A stretch of DNA of 63,298 bases, counting the filler, from Folioceros fuciformis (Eukaryota): the NCBI GenBank assembly GCA_049999805.1. It is 17 parts of 17 records of this genome, joined end to end, with 100 filler letters (N's around TTAATTAATTAA, not from the genome) between each part and the next. Parts side by side here need not be neighbours in the genome. Positions count along the whole stretch, not along the records: positions 62,027 to 63,298 come from JBNGIO010001428.1; 16 more parts are not named here. The stretch is one strand, 5' to 3'. Shown piece after piece: positions 62,500-63,298 of the stretch. The notes below the pieces were generated by a model. That model ran no database searches, had not been told where the DNA came from, and was given only the letters and a program-made list of their open reading frames with translations. Each line of letters starts with the position of its first letter. Position 1 is the stretch's first letter. A program made the position numbers and the translations under genes.

Positions 62500-62994
62500 A
62501 GTTGGGTAGTTAGGATAGACGTGGTAGGAGGGGTGGTTTAAGCGTTTAAAGACACTGTTTAATGCGCTTAAGCGCTGTAGCAGGTGAGGGACCATCAATG
62601 GCTGCCTACCCGATCAACCACCCCAACCGACAGTAGCCAGGAATTCTATAAGAGTCATAGGGCTCAAGAGATAAAGTGGTTGGTCTTCGTTTCTTACCAA
62701 GCCTGAGCACACTTGTTCGTGTTCCAACAAGTGCGCTCCTGCCGGCTGCGTCGTCTGTAGCGCCTGGTAGCTTGGTGGGGATCGTGACGGCCCAGACGCC
62801 TGGGTGTGAGGTGCCGTGTTTCGCACGCACACTCGTGGGTGTCCTACTGGAGTGAGTCACCGATAGCAGAGGCGTGTTTGGCAGACAGGAGGTGTATTCA
62901 GGTTCGCGAGGGTCGTGGTAGAAGAAAGGTACGAATAGAGTCGCACACACACAACTAGGACAGGCCCTCCTTCGAGGGAACGAAACCTGCTAGA

Positions 62995-63288
62995 CTACAC
63001 GACAGCGGGATAGGTGTGGCCGCTAGAGGGAAGCCCCTGGGTGTCCCCGGATTCTTTCCACCACAGTGTTGCACCTTCACCTCTTGGCAACCTAACATTT
63101 GGTTTGCCCCTCTCCTTCTCCACTAGGTCTGCTGAAAATGCTTCATCCAGAAAATCATCTTCTTGGTCCTGAACCACATTCCCCATTTTCAGCCTGGATA
63201 GAAAATCAGCATTCACATGCCTGCACCCTTCCCTTGTTTCCACAGTGAATGTTGTTGAGTTATCGAGCTCTATATGAGCTAAACTCAT
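62995..63288 (-). mobile_element. Ty3/Gypsy pol fragment (RNase H end)
   Basis: R.G..HVNADFLSRL motif. Confidence 0.6.
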
Positions 63289-63298
63289 GTGGTGTTAG

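Overview
Eukaryotic nuclear DNA from a non-seed land plant, most likely a hornwort (inferred from GC-rich compact genes with ~80-150 bp GT-AG introns, an intron-containing MurF and a WW-type PLS-PPR). The window is 17 contigs joined by identical artificial 100-nt spacers (44N-TTAATTAATTAA-44N), so adjacency across spacers is unproven. Much of the window is nested, decayed transposons: several Copia elements, Gypsy-like LTRs with a recurrent accessory ORF, PIF/Harbinger, pogo, a fungal-type LINE ORF1 and hAT-like termini. The rest is dense genes: MED4, a PMT methyltransferase, two PTC7-type PP2Cs, thioredoxin h, a BBX32-like protein, MurF, OST3/6, SmF, U2A', DUF971, DUF1350, a bHLH-ACT factor and a giant PPR. 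The best novelty candidates are (i) a secreted GDSL esterase fused in frame to a fasciclin (FAS1) domain, with a duplicated first exon; (ii) a BBX32-like protein whose C-terminus looks like a cyclin box; (iii) a contig of fungal-type transposons; and (iv) a conserved retroelement accessory ORF present in three diverged copies. All family assignments come from motif recognition by eye; no searches were run.
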